A DNA stretch of 64,000 nucleotides from an uncultured Chloroflexia bacterium (GTDB taxonomy: Bacteria; Chloroflexota; Limnocylindria; Limnocylindrales; CSP1-4): contig CAVYBU010000030.1 of NCBI GenBank assembly GCA_963766735.1, forward strand, positions 192,001-256,000. Reading direction: 5' to 3'. The stretch's first letter is position 1. Each line of letters opens with the position of its first letter. Shown here piece after piece: positions 47,349-56,578 of the stretch. Below the pieces are notes generated by a model. It was not told the DNA's origin. It saw only the letters and a program-made list of their open reading frames with translations, and did no database searches. The translations under genes were made by a program, and so were the position numbers.

Positions 47349-48134
47349 CTACTGGGTTGCGGTGAGGCCGCCATCGACGCCCAGGACCTGGCCGGTGACG
47401 AAGCCGGCGGCGTCTGAGGCCAGGAAGACGACCGGGCCGGTCATGTCCGACGTGTCGCCGACGCGCCCGAGCGGAATGCGGTTGACGACGCCGGCCTTGA
47501 AGGCAGGGTCGTCGAGCAGCATCGCGACCTGGGGGGTGTCAACGAAGGTGGGGCGGATGGCGTTGACCCGGATCCCGTGCTTCGCCCATTCGGTCGCCCA
47601 CTGGCGGGTCAGGGAGCTGATAGCCCCCTTCGCGGCCACGTATGCCGAGTAGCCCGCGTTGATCCCGAGGTCCGCCCGTACCGAGCTGATGTTGACGACG
47701 ACGCCGCCGTTGCCGGCCTTGATCATCGCCTTGACGGCGGCCTGGGTTGCGAGCAGCGTCGAGCGGACGTTGAGCTCCATGATCCAGTCCCAGTCGTCCC
47801 GCGGGTAGTCCTGGGCATCGTGGAGCACCTTGCCAGCGCCGCCGCCGACGCAGTTGACGATGATGTCCACCTTGCCGAACCGCTCGACGGTGGCGGCGAC
47901 GATGCTCTCGCAGCCGGCCTCGCTCGTGACGTCCGCAGACAGGGCCAGGACCTCGGCGCCGGTCGCGCGGATGGTCTCCGCGGCCGCGTCGGCGCGCTCC
48001 TGCGTCACGTCCACGACGGTGACCTTCGCGCCCGCACCAGCCAGGGCTCCCGCGATCGCCGACCCGATGGCGCCGCCACCGCCGGGAACCAGGGCCACCT
48101 TGCCCTCGAGGCTGAAGACATCGAGATAGCTCAT
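47349..48134 (-). CDS. short-chain dehydrogenase/reductase (gluconate 5-dehydrogenase-like)
   Basis: GGGGAIG, NISS, YVAAK, EWA..GIRVNAI, VDGG. Confidence 0.9.
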   Translation of the reverse strand: MSYLDVFSLEGKVALVPGGGGAIGSAIAGALAGAGAKVTVVDVTQERADAAAETIRATGAEVLALSADVTSEAGCESIVAATVERFGKVDIIVNCVGGGAGKVLHDAQDYPRDDWDWIMELNVRSTLLATQAAVKAMIKAGNGGVVVNISSVRADLGINAGYSAYVAAKGAISSLTRQWATEWAKHGIRVNAIRPTFVDTPQVAMLLDDPAFKAGVVNRIPLGRVGDTSDMTGPVVFLASDAAGFVTGQVLGVDGGLTATQ

Positions 48135-48179
48135 CTGGACTCCCTCCCGGACGGCGCCCGCCGGCGCATATCGGCACGT

Positions 48180-48222
48180 ATCATCGATTATCGAGCATAC
48201 GTGAGAACGGGTTCCCGGTCAA
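48180..48222 (-). promoter_or_regulatory. promoter plus island operator (site 7)
   Basis: Minus strand TTGACC (48222-48217), 17 bp, TATGCT (48199-48194), running into TCGATAATCGATGAT; the 15-mer is identical to site 2. Confidence 0.7.
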
Positions 48223-48313
48223 CGGACGCGGGCGCGCGAGGGACCTATGCGAGCGGCCGACCTCTGCGCTGGGCGGCGCGGATCCCACCAGTCGCCGGAG
48301 TCGCCCGGTCCGT

Positions 48314-48622
48314 TCAGTCGGCGGGTGCGAACAGCCGGGCCCAGCCGTCGTACGGGCGCAGGCCCATCACCTCGAACGTGAGGATGCCCGCCTTGACGAA
48401 CGGAAGCGATGCCAGCGCCTCGCGCGCGGCGTCCTCATCCGGCGCCTCGAGGATCATGACGCTCATGCGGGCGCCCGTGCGGAAGCTGATCTCGCGCACG
48501 GTCCCGGCCTGGTGGAGCTCCCAGGCACGTCGTGCCTCCGCACGACCAAGGGCTTGCGCCTCGTCGCTGGAGAAGCCGGGAAAGGTGCTGTCCACTTCGG
48601 AACCGAGGGCGAGGAAACGCAT
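48314..48622 (-). CDS. muconolactone isomerase-like / YCII-like small protein
   Basis: EARRAWEL...G.VRE, L.SLPFVKAG, L.PY pattern. Confidence 0.65.
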   Translation of the reverse strand: MRFLALGSEVDSTFPGFSSDEAQALGRAEARRAWELHQAGTVREISFRTGARMSVMILEAPDEDAAREALASLPFVKAGILTFEVMGLRPYDGWARLFAPAD

Positions 48623-48663
48623 GTCCTGATCGTACCGCCGTTGGCAGGCCAGGTGGGGACCGG

Positions 48664-49449
48664 CTAGATCGGGACCGCGAACGCCACCACGACGACCGCG
48701 ATGGACGACACGATCTCGACGATGCCCACGTGGATCGGCCGGAGCGGCCTGGGACTCATGGCAAGCCGGCGCTGGACCACCGGCAGGGCGATGGCGCGGG
48801 CCGCCAGCCCGGCCGCCAGAATCGCGTAGGCCGGGGGGAGCGCCACGGCCGCCAGGGCGATGAGGGCCACGTGGAACCCGGCGGACAGTGACGCGAAGGT
48901 CCCGTTGCCGCGCTCGCGGAGGACGGAACGGACCATCAGCACCGTCCCGAACAGGTACCCCGCAGCCACGAGCGTGTACGCGATGACGATGGCGGACTCG
49001 AACTCGCCGGAGACGTACGCCGCCGCGGGCACCAGGACCAGCGCCTGCACCACCTGGACCAGGCTGTTGGCGAGATCCCGGCGCGTCCCCGGCTGTGCTC
49101 CACGGAACACGATGAGCGAGGTCGGCACCACCACCACGAGGATGGCGAGCAGGGCCGGGAAGGCGACGACCAGCAGCAGCCCGAGCGCGGCGAACGCGGT
49201 GCCGTATACGGCGATCGGGGCCCGGTAGGCAGGCGGGCGGCGGGCCCGGGACCACGCCTGCAGGGTGACCGATGCCAGGTAGCCGGTCAGCGCGGCACCG
49301 GCGACGGCCAGCTGCCAGGGGCTCGGCCGGCTCGCCGCCACGCCCAGCAGGACGGGTAGCAGGAGCATTGCCCAGGCGCCGTGCTGGCGCGGCACCCAGA
49401 GACGATGACCTGAGGGTCGGCGGGGATCGGGACGGGCGGGCGCGGTCAC
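48664..49449 (-). CDS. YwiC-like membrane protein
   Basis: WVPRQHGAWAML; multiple TM segments; VRS..RER; G..E. Confidence 0.85.
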   Translation of the reverse strand: MTAPARPDPRRPSGHRLWVPRQHGAWAMLLLPVLLGVAASRPSPWQLAVAGAALTGYLASVTLQAWSRARRPPAYRAPIAVYGTAFAALGLLLVVAFPALLAILVVVVPTSLIVFRGAQPGTRRDLANSLVQVVQALVLVPAAAYVSGEFESAIVIAYTLVAAGYLFGTVLMVRSVLRERGNGTFASLSAGFHVALIALAAVALPPAYAILAAGLAARAIALPVVQRRLAMSPRPLRPIHVGIVEIVSSIAVVVVAFAVPI

Positions 49450-49509
49450 GCCCCCCACGCTAGCACCCACCTTCCCGCGGGCGGAAGGCGCCCGGACACG
49501 CCGGATCAG

Positions 49510-49546
49510 GGGTGGGGCTTGGGGTGGCCTACGGGGCTCGAACCCG
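49510..49546. repeat. att-like direct repeat of the tRNA-His 3' end (37 bp)
   Basis: gggtggggcttggggtggcctacggggctcgaacccg, identical to 51462..51498. Confidence 0.9.
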
Positions 49547-49633
49547 GTGAGCGGGTCCGGGACGCCCTGGCCATCGCCGGGTCACGTCGGCGAGCGTATG
49601 CTCACCAGGCCCGTCACCACAGTGGACCCATCC

Positions 49634-50857
49634 GTGACCGATCCCTCCCCGCAGGTCAGTGTCCTGATCCCGTGCTGGAACGCGGCCGGCACGATCGAGC
49701 GTGCGCTCGACTCCGTCCTGGACACGACCGGCCCAACCATCGAGTGCATCGTGGTGGACGATGCATCCACCGACGGGACCGCGGACCTGGTCCGGTCCCT
49801 GGCCGATCGCGATCCGAGGATCGTGCTCGTGCGGGCGGCTGAGAATGCCGGGGCCTCCGCTGCGCGCAACCTGGGGCTTCCCCTGGTTCGCGGCGAGTGG
49901 CTGACCTTCCTTGACAGCGACGACCGGATGCTGCCCGGTGCCCTCGCCGCGCTGCACCACGCCGCCGTGGCGACCGATGCGCTGGCCGTCATCGGACAGC
50001 GGATCTGGTCCGACGGCGTGGACACGTGGATCACCAGGCAGTACGACCGGCCGGACATCCGCGAGCCAGGGCGCAAGTCGCTGGTCGCCAACCCGGGCTT
50101 GATGTTCTACGCGTCGGGGACGGGCAAGCTCTTCCATCGCTCCATTCGCGAGGGGCTGCGTTTCGAGGGCCGGGTGCTCGGCGACCAGCCCTGGACGCTG
50201 TGCGCCCTGCTCCGGGCCGGCGACCGGATCGAGGTGATCGGGGACGTCGTGTACGAGTGGGACCGCCCTCGGCCGGGCAACGAGTTCACGTCGATCACCG
50301 AGGAGAAGCGCAGGTCGGCGGCGCGTGCGGCGGAGGCCGTCGAGGTGGCGATCGGAGCCTGGCGGCAGGTCGCAGATGAGGCCGACCGTGTCCTGACCGA
50401 CGTGGCCTCTCGGCGCCTCGTCCACGCCGCCTATCTCGACCGACTGGTGCGCGCCGACTTCTCAAGTTGGCTTGAACGCGACGCCGATGACGCCGACGCG
50501 CGACTCTTTGAGCGCCTTGCCGCGTTCGTTGAGCGCCTCGGCGATCAGGTCGACCACGTGCCGTGGCATGCTGAAGTTGATATCGCTGGCGGCCTCGATG
50601 AACCGGTCGGTGAAGTCGAACTCGCGCGCTCGCCACGACAGGTAGTACGAGTCCACAGAGATGCATTGGCCGCCCACGCCCGGCCCTGGCATGAAGCGCA
50701 TGAAGCCGAATGGCTTGGTAGCAGCGGCGTCGATGATCTCCCACACGTCCAGGTCCATCCGCTCGCACAGCAGCGCGAGCTGGTTGACGAACGCGATGTT
50801 CACGTTGCGGAAGGTGTTCTCGAGCAGCTTGGCCATCTCGGCCGCGTGCGGCGATGA
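49634..50857 (+). pseudogene. family 2 glycosyltransferase, probably truncated near 50460 and reading on antisense to the neighbouring gene
   Basis: VSVLIPCWN, VDDASTD, N.G.SAARN.G, FLDSDD; after ~50461 the frame is the antisense of the dehydrogenase. Confidence 0.7.
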
Positions 50858-51452
50858 CATCTCCACGACGCGGTCGTTGACGTTGGCCAGCAGGGCCGCG
50901 ACGCGCCGCGTGGCGGACTCGGTGGTGCCGCCGACGAGACGCGGGACGCTGCGACTCGAGCTGGCGGGGTCGCCAGGGCTCACGCGCTCGGGCGCGAAGG
51001 CCAGGTCGAAGTCGGTGCCGGCCAGGAGGCCGCTCTCCTCGATCGCTTTGCGGAACGGCCCGGTCGTGGTGCCCGGGAACGTCGTGGACTGGAGGACGAC
51101 GAGGTGACCGGCACGGATGCCGTCCCGGACGAAGGTGGCCGCCGCTAGTACAGGGCCGAGGTCCGGGTCCTTGGTAGACGTGATGGGCGTCGGCACGCAG
51201 ACGAACACGGCATCGACATCCGCGAGGCGCGCGTTCAAGGGTTCGACCACGCGCAGGCCCGCGTCCAGCGCCGCGGACAGGCGCTCGTCGGAGATGTCAT
51301 CGATGGGGGATCGGCGGGCGTTGGAGCTCGGCGACGCGTGACGGGGAGGCGTCCACTCCCTCGACCTCCAAGCCGGCCTCGACGAACCCGATGGCGAGCG
51401 GGAGGCCCACGTACCCGAGCCCGATGATCGCGACGCGCCGATCCTGGGTCAT
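50462..51452 (-). pseudogene. UDP-glucose/UDP-GlcNAc dehydrogenase family remnant, frameshift near 51323, C-terminal domain missing
   Basis: GLGYVGLP, CVPTP, STT.PGTT, PER..PG, KLLENTFR, GPGVGGQC; stops right after GVAFKP. Confidence 0.85.
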
Positions 51453-51471
51453 ACGTCCTCCGGGTGGGGCT

Positions 51472-51547
51472 TGGGGTGGCCTACGGGGCTCGAACCCGTA
51501 ACCTTCGGAGCCACAATCCGATGCTCTGCCATTGAGCTAAGGCCACC
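51472..51547 (-). tRNA. tRNA-His (GTG)
   Basis: GGTGGCCTTAGCTCAATGGCAGAGCATCGGATTGTGGCTCCGAAGGTTACGGGTTCGAGCCCCGTAGGCCACCCCA: cloverleaf, anticodon GTG, G-1, encoded CCA. Confidence 0.97.
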
Positions 51548-51909
51548 GCGAGATCAGATCGGGCATCGGGCGGTCGTCGTGCGACCGCCGCTGACACCCT
51601 ATCTGCGCCGCGAGAGTGTACCCGACCTCGGGCCGACTCTTGGCTGTGCCGGGCCGCCGGAACCGGCGATGCCCGCGCTCACAGGCGGTGCGCAGACCGG
51701 TGCGTGAAGGCACCGTTCGGCCTCTCGGGACGGCGAAAGGGGCCGAATGCCACGTTCCCGAGCGCCACAGGTTTCCGTACGTTTGACCATCTCTTGTCCA
51801 AGTCTGACTCGAGAAGCGCACGACTGGGGGTAGTCGTTGATCGATCCTCAACGGATCCGAGCGCGCCACCGGGCCGGTCACGACACAGACGACCACGCTG
51901 AGCAGCGCC

Positions 51910-53472
51910 GTGTCTGACCCTCGAGCACCCTCCGGTCCGCGTGCGGTCTGGCTTGACCGCGTCATGATCGGCGTCGTCATCGTCCTGACGCTCGGCACGG
52001 CTGCCTCCTTCCTCGTGCCCGATCTGCTCGCGGGCGTCTTCAATCCGTCGCTGGACCTCGTCATCCATACGATCGCCACGGTCGTGACGATCTCGGTCGC
52101 GGTGCTGGCCTGGGTACGCTTGCGCCAGGGGGGCGAGTCAGGCGCCGCGTTCCAGGCGGCCGCATTCCTGGTGCTCGCGATCGTCAACGTGCAAGCCATC
52201 CTGCTCGTCGTGACGGGCGCCGACGGCCAGGCAGGCATGCCAGCCGCATTGCCTAGCGACGCGCCGCTCTACATGCCGATGATCGTCCGCCTGTTCGCGG
52301 CCGCACTACTGGTGCTCGGCGGGCTCGCGTCCCTGCCCTCGGTTCGCATCCACCGCGCACTCATCGTCGCGCTCGGAGTGTCCGCCGCGATCCTGATCGT
52401 CATCACCCTCGTCGTGAAGGGGTCCGCGCCACTTCCGCCCGAGTGGATGATCGGGGTGGGTCTGCCGTCGCTGGTCACTGCGGACGCAGCGTGGCCGCTT
52501 CCGACTCCGATGGCGCTCGGTGCCGCCACGCAGGCGCTCGGGGCGGCACTGTTCCTGTGGGCGGCCGGACTGTTCTGGAGGCAGTACCACCGGGAAGGGC
52601 TGGTCGGCGATGGCTTCCTCGCGGTCGGGCTCGTCTTCGCAGCGTTTGCACAACTCCAGCCGGCTGCCTACCACGGCGCGTATGCGGGCCTGGTCACGAG
52701 CGGCGATCTGCTGCGCCTGGTCTTCGACGTGGTCCTCCTGGTCGGCATCCAGGCACAGGCGGGTGCGCACCTCGCGAGCCTCCGCCTGGCCAACGCGGCG
52801 ATGGCCCGGTCCAGGGAGACCGACGCGGAGCACGCCGCCCTCGAGGAGCGCGCACGCCTTTCGCGGGAGCTGCACGACGGCCTGGCACAGGACCTCTGGG
52901 TGGCGAAGCTCAAGACGAGGCGGCTGACCTCCCAGCCGGACCTCGGGCTCGAGGCGCGCGCACTCGCCGGCGAGCTGAGCGCTGCGATCGACGCCGGGCT
53001 CGCTGACGCGCAGCAGGCTGTGGCGGCCATGCGCATGCCCGGCGAGTCGGCCGCGACGTTCGGGGAGCTGATGGCGCGGTCCGTCGATGAGTTCGCGGAC
53101 CGGTTCGGCCTCCGTGTTGAGTTCGTGTGCGAGCAGGCGCTTCCGCCGCTCCCGGCGCGCGCCCAGGCCGAAGCGCTGCGGATCGCACGGGAGGCGCTCA
53201 TCAACGCGTCCCGTCACGCGGACGCGACGGTGGTCCGCGTGCGAGCAAGCGTGGAGGACGGCAGGCTCGTCATCGTGGTCGGTGACAATGGCCGAGGCTT
53301 CGACCAGAGCGCCGTGGGCCGCTCCGCGTTCGGGTTGGCGGGCATGCGAGAGCGGGCTGCCCAGATCGGCGCAGAGCTTCGCATCGACTCTCGGCCGCAC
53401 GACGGGACGCGGGTCAGCCTGTTCGTCCCGCTCACGGGCGCGGCAGTGCCGGTCATCGCTGGCGCCGGGTGA
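51910..53472 (+). CDS. membrane sensor histidine kinase (HisKA_3, NarX/DesK type)
   Basis: Multi-TM N-terminus; [36 protein letters not shown]. Confidence 0.92.
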   Translation: MSDPRAPSGPRAVWLDRVMIGVVIVLTLGTAASFLVPDLLAGVFNPSLDLVIHTIATVVTISVAVLAWVRLRQGGESGAAFQAAAFLVLAIVNVQAILLVVTGADGQAGMPAALPSDAPLYMPMIVRLFAAALLVLGGLASLPSVRIHRALIVALGVSAAILIVITLVVKGSAPLPPEWMIGVGLPSLVTADAAWPLPTPMALGAATQALGAALFLWAAGLFWRQYHREGLVGDGFLAVGLVFAAFAQLQPAAYHGAYAGLVTSGDLLRLVFDVVLLVGIQAQAGAHLASLRLANAAMARSRETDAEHAALEERARLSRELHDGLAQDLWVAKLKTRRLTSQPDLGLEARALAGELSAAIDAGLADAQQAVAAMRMPGESAATFGELMARSVDEFADRFGLRVEFVCEQALPPLPARAQAEALRIAREALINASRHADATVVRVRASVEDGRLVIVVGDNGRGFDQSAVGRSAFGLAGMRERAAQIGAELRIDSRPHDGTRVSLFVPLTGAAVPVIAGAG

Positions 53473-54131
53473 CCACTCGGGCCCGCACCGGGCACCTCCG
53501 CGTCATGCTGGTCGACGACCACGCTCTGGTCCGGGCTGCGGTGCGTCAGGCGATCACCGCACCTGACGTGGAGCTCGTCGCGGAGGCATCAACCGCAGAG
53601 GAGGCGCTCGAGCTCGCGCCGCGGGTTCGCCCGGACGTGCTGCTCGTCGACATCGATCTGCCCGGGATGGACGGCGTGGCGCTCGTGCGTGAGCTGGCGC
53701 CCCGGCTTCCGGATACCCGGATCGTGATGCTCACCGTTTCGAGCGCAGACCGGCATCTCCTGGATGCGATGCGCTACGGGGCGAGCGGGTACCTGACCAA
53801 GAACCTGGACCCCGACGCCCTGCTCCGCGCCGTGCGAAGCGCACACGCGGGCGAGCTGGCGATGCCGCGGGGACTCGCCGCCCGGCTCGTCCACCGGCTC
53901 GTGGAAGCGTCCGGTCCGACGACGGATGCCGAGGATCCGGCCCTCGAGTCGCTCACGAGCCGCGAGGTGGAGGTTCTCGGCCTCCTTGCGGACGGCCTGA
54001 CCGACCGGGAGATCGCGGACTTGCTCACCATCTCGCCGCGCACGGTGGAGACGCACGTGAGCAGCGTGCTGCACAAGCTCGGGGCGCGGAACCGCGCCGA
54101 GGCTGCGCGCCGGTATCGCGAGCCGGTCTGA
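53469..54131 (+). CDS. NarL/LuxR family response regulator
   Basis: VDDH, D..LP.MDG, GYLTK, LT.RE.EVL, TVETHV. Confidence 0.95.
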   Translation: MTTRARTGHLRVMLVDDHALVRAAVRQAITAPDVELVAEASTAEEALELAPRVRPDVLLVDIDLPGMDGVALVRELAPRLPDTRIVMLTVSSADRHLLDAMRYGASGYLTKNLDPDALLRAVRSAHAGELAMPRGLAARLVHRLVEASGPTTDAEDPALESLTSREVEVLGLLADGLTDREIADLLTISPRTVETHVSSVLHKLGARNRAEAARRYREPV

Positions 54132-54158
54132 CCGAACCCCCGTTCGACCTGTGGCCGG

Positions 54159-54656
54159 TCAGCCCCTCGCGAACGCGCGCGCGGTCGCGACCTCGACCCG
54201 GAGCAGGCGGGGTTGCGCGACATCCAGCGAGACGCCCGTCCCACCGCACATGACCAGCAGCAGGCGCTCCCCGGACACCCCGACCTCCTCGATCTCCCCG
54301 AGGTTGAACGAGAGGGTCTGACGGCCGACGAGCACGAGCCGCCGTGAGGTCAGGTAGAGGTCGCCCGCGAGACCCAACGGCGCATCGGGGCCCGGGGTGG
54401 CGTGCCGCCGGTCGAGCTGGGCGGAGCGCCGCACCGCTACGACCCGTTCGCCAGGATCCAGCAGCGGGGCGACCGCCGCATCGGGCTCGAGCGAGGCCAT
54501 CGGCTGGGTGCGGTACGCCTCGCGAGCGAGGTCCGCGGCGGCATCGTCCGCTTGCGCGCGCACGATGATCGCCGACGCGTCCCGGATCGCCGGCGCGTCC
54601 GCTGGCGAGTCGTCGGGCGCGGTGACCTGGGCCTTCCGCCTGCTGAACCGCTCCAC
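54159..54656 (-). CDS. hypothetical protein (PH-like fold)
   Basis: L.PGE.V and G.LYLTSRRLV pattern typical of bacterial PH domains; start uncertain. Confidence 0.55.
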   Translation of the reverse strand: MERFSRRKAQVTAPDDSPADAPAIRDASAIIVRAQADDAAADLAREAYRTQPMASLEPDAAVAPLLDPGERVVAVRRSAQLDRRHATPGPDAPLGLAGDLYLTSRRLVLVGRQTLSFNLGEIEEVGVSGERLLLVMCGGTGVSLDVAQPRLLRVEVATARAFARG

Positions 54657-54932
54657 GACGCGACTGTACGGCGGCGGGACAGGTGGCCGCCATCGGGGAA
54701 GGTACGGACGCGGGTACTGGTTTCTCTCTACGTGTCCCGGGGTTCACCGCCATTGGTGACAGGAGGCACCGGATGTACGGAGGGCCGAACCCGTACCCCG
54801 GTCCGGGCTGGCACGGATGGCAGCGTGGCGGGTTCGGGGCAAGGTGAGGCAAGTCATCGGGCGTCGAGCGCCGGGGGGTGCCCGGGTGACACGGGGCGCC
54901 CGCCCGGCTCCAGACCGACAGTTACCAGGGGC

Positions 54933-55487
54933 ATGGAAACGACGGTCCCGAACAACTTCCCTGACGAGAGCGCCAAGGCGTCCAGCGATCTTGCCCGGCG
55001 CACGAGTCGCCGCCCCCGCCTCTCGACAGGCCTTGTCGTCGCGGCCGGTGTCGCGGTCCTGGCGGCCGGCATCGGCTTCCGGATGAGCGACATACATGTC
55101 CAGACGGTCCTGTCCGGTTCGATGCGACCCACCATCTCGCCGGGCGACCTCGCGATCACCCAGGCCGTCCCGGTTGGTTCCGTTCAGGTGGGTGACGTCA
55201 TCGTGTTCGCGCCGCCGGACGGCACGAAGCCGGTTCTCCACCGGGTCGCGTCGCGTGAGGGGGACGTCCTCACGACGAAGGGTGACGCGAACAGTGTCGC
55301 CGACCCTTGGCGCATCACGCTTGCAGGCACGACCGGCTACCGGCTGGTGTTCGTCGTGCCCTTCCTCGGCTGGCTGACCCAGCTGCGAGGCATCGCCCTC
55401 ATTGGCGCCGGGCTGATCGTGGCCCTGCTCATCCTCCTTGAAATTCGAAAGGGGGTGGGGTCCCGTCGATCCCAAGTCGCGTCCTGA
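54933..55487 (+). CDS. sipW: signal peptidase I, SipW/ER type (S26B)
   Basis: TM, VLSGSM.P...GD, HRV (Ser-His dyad), TKGDAN..D, VP.LG, C-terminal TM. Confidence 0.88.
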   Translation: METTVPNNFPDESAKASSDLARRTSRRPRLSTGLVVAAGVAVLAAGIGFRMSDIHVQTVLSGSMRPTISPGDLAITQAVPVGSVQVGDVIVFAPPDGTKPVLHRVASREGDVLTTKGDANSVADPWRITLAGTTGYRLVFVVPFLGWLTQLRGIALIGAGLIVALLILLEIRKGVGSRRSQVAS

Positions 55488-55532
55488 GTTGCCCATGTGC
55501 CCAATAGCGCGTCCCCAGGAGAGTGACAAACC

Positions 55533-56402
55533 ATGACTCTGCGCAAGCTCGCCGGACTCCTCGCGGCGTTCGGCCTCACCGTCGGACTTATCGGAGGCGG
55601 CGTCGGTGCCGTCTTCCAGGACCAGGTCACCGCAACCGAGGAAATCAGCGTCGGTGACGTCGCGTGCGAGATCACCAGTGCGAGTCCTGCGGGCCCGGAC
55701 ATGGTGATCGCCGATGGCGGGAAATCCGTGACCTACACGCCTCCCATGATCACCAGCTCCGCAGCCAACGCTACCGGTCTCAAGTTCGACTTCACCGTGC
55801 AGAACACGGGCACCATCCCGGCGAACTTCACGGTCAATTCGCCTGACACCCAGGGATCGCAGTTCGCGACCCATGCGCCTGCGCCCAGCGGTCCCAACCC
55901 AGTCGCACCCGGTGCCTCGATCATCTACACGGGCGCCGGCGTCACCTGGGACGACCTCACGACTGAAGCAGGCATGAGCTACTCGTTCACGTGGACCGTG
56001 AACTGCGGCGAGGTGCCGCCCGTTCGACTTTGGAGCGCGGGGATCGCCGGTCCGGTTGACGCCGTGTTCCCCAGCACGATGGCAGCCAATGAGGCCAATG
56101 ACCTCCCCTACGCAACGGTCAATGACTCCACGATCACGTTCCAGAGCGTGACTCAAATCGCCGCCATGTGCATGGAGTACCGCTTCAACGACAACTCGCC
56201 CGACCAGAAGGTGTCCGACACCAACTACAACACGCTCGTCACCGACGGCCTGTGGCCGTTCCGGTGCTTCGGGTCAGGCTACAATTCGCCGTTTGCGACT
56301 GTCGCGATCCCGGACTGGGCCACGACCATCGAGGTCCGTCATTCGTTCGGCGGCGAGAGTGATTGGCGGTTCGGCTGGACTCGCTTCAACCTCCTGCCGT
56401 AA
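55533..56402 (+). CDS. secreted protein with SipW-cognate signal peptide (TasA/CalY-like fibre subunit candidate)
   Basis: MTLRK-hydrophobic-GGGVGAVFQD...ISVG; F.VQNTG.I beta-sandwich motif; directly downstream of sipW. Confidence 0.75.
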   Translation: MTLRKLAGLLAAFGLTVGLIGGGVGAVFQDQVTATEEISVGDVACEITSASPAGPDMVIADGGKSVTYTPPMITSSAANATGLKFDFTVQNTGTIPANFTVNSPDTQGSQFATHAPAPSGPNPVAPGASIIYTGAGVTWDDLTTEAGMSYSFTWTVNCGEVPPVRLWSAGIAGPVDAVFPSTMAANEANDLPYATVNDSTITFQSVTQIAAMCMEYRFNDNSPDQKVSDTNYNTLVTDGLWPFRCFGSGYNSPFATVAIPDWATTIEVRHSFGGESDWRFGWTRFNLLP

Positions 56403-56463
56403 CGGCATCAATCCGGGCGGCATTCGGGGGACGCCGCTGGTAGACGGCTTGTCCACAGAAGAG

Positions 56464-56495
56464 CCCAGCCCGGCGTGCGTTCACACCGGGCTGGG
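56464..56495 (+). terminator. intergenic stem-loop (partial terminator or mRNA stabiliser)
   Basis: CCCAGCCCGG-cgtg-cgtt-caca-CCGGGCTGGG, no U-tract. Confidence 0.5.
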
Positions 56496-56578
56496 TGACC
56501 CGTTCGGTTCTCGGTCGTCGACCCGACGACGTCGGAACGATCCACCAGCGTGATCAATCCCAGGAGAGACCGGAGTCA

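Noticed and set aside
49510-49546. Second tRNA-His gene
   Set aside because: Only the 3' 27 nt are present; there is no D arm or anticodon arm.
54760-54860. c-di-GMP or other riboswitch upstream of sipW
   Set aside because: A hairpin (ccgaacccg...cgggttcgg) exists, but I could not find the GGCAAA/GAAA/GCAAA consensus. An Infernal/Rfam scan would decide.
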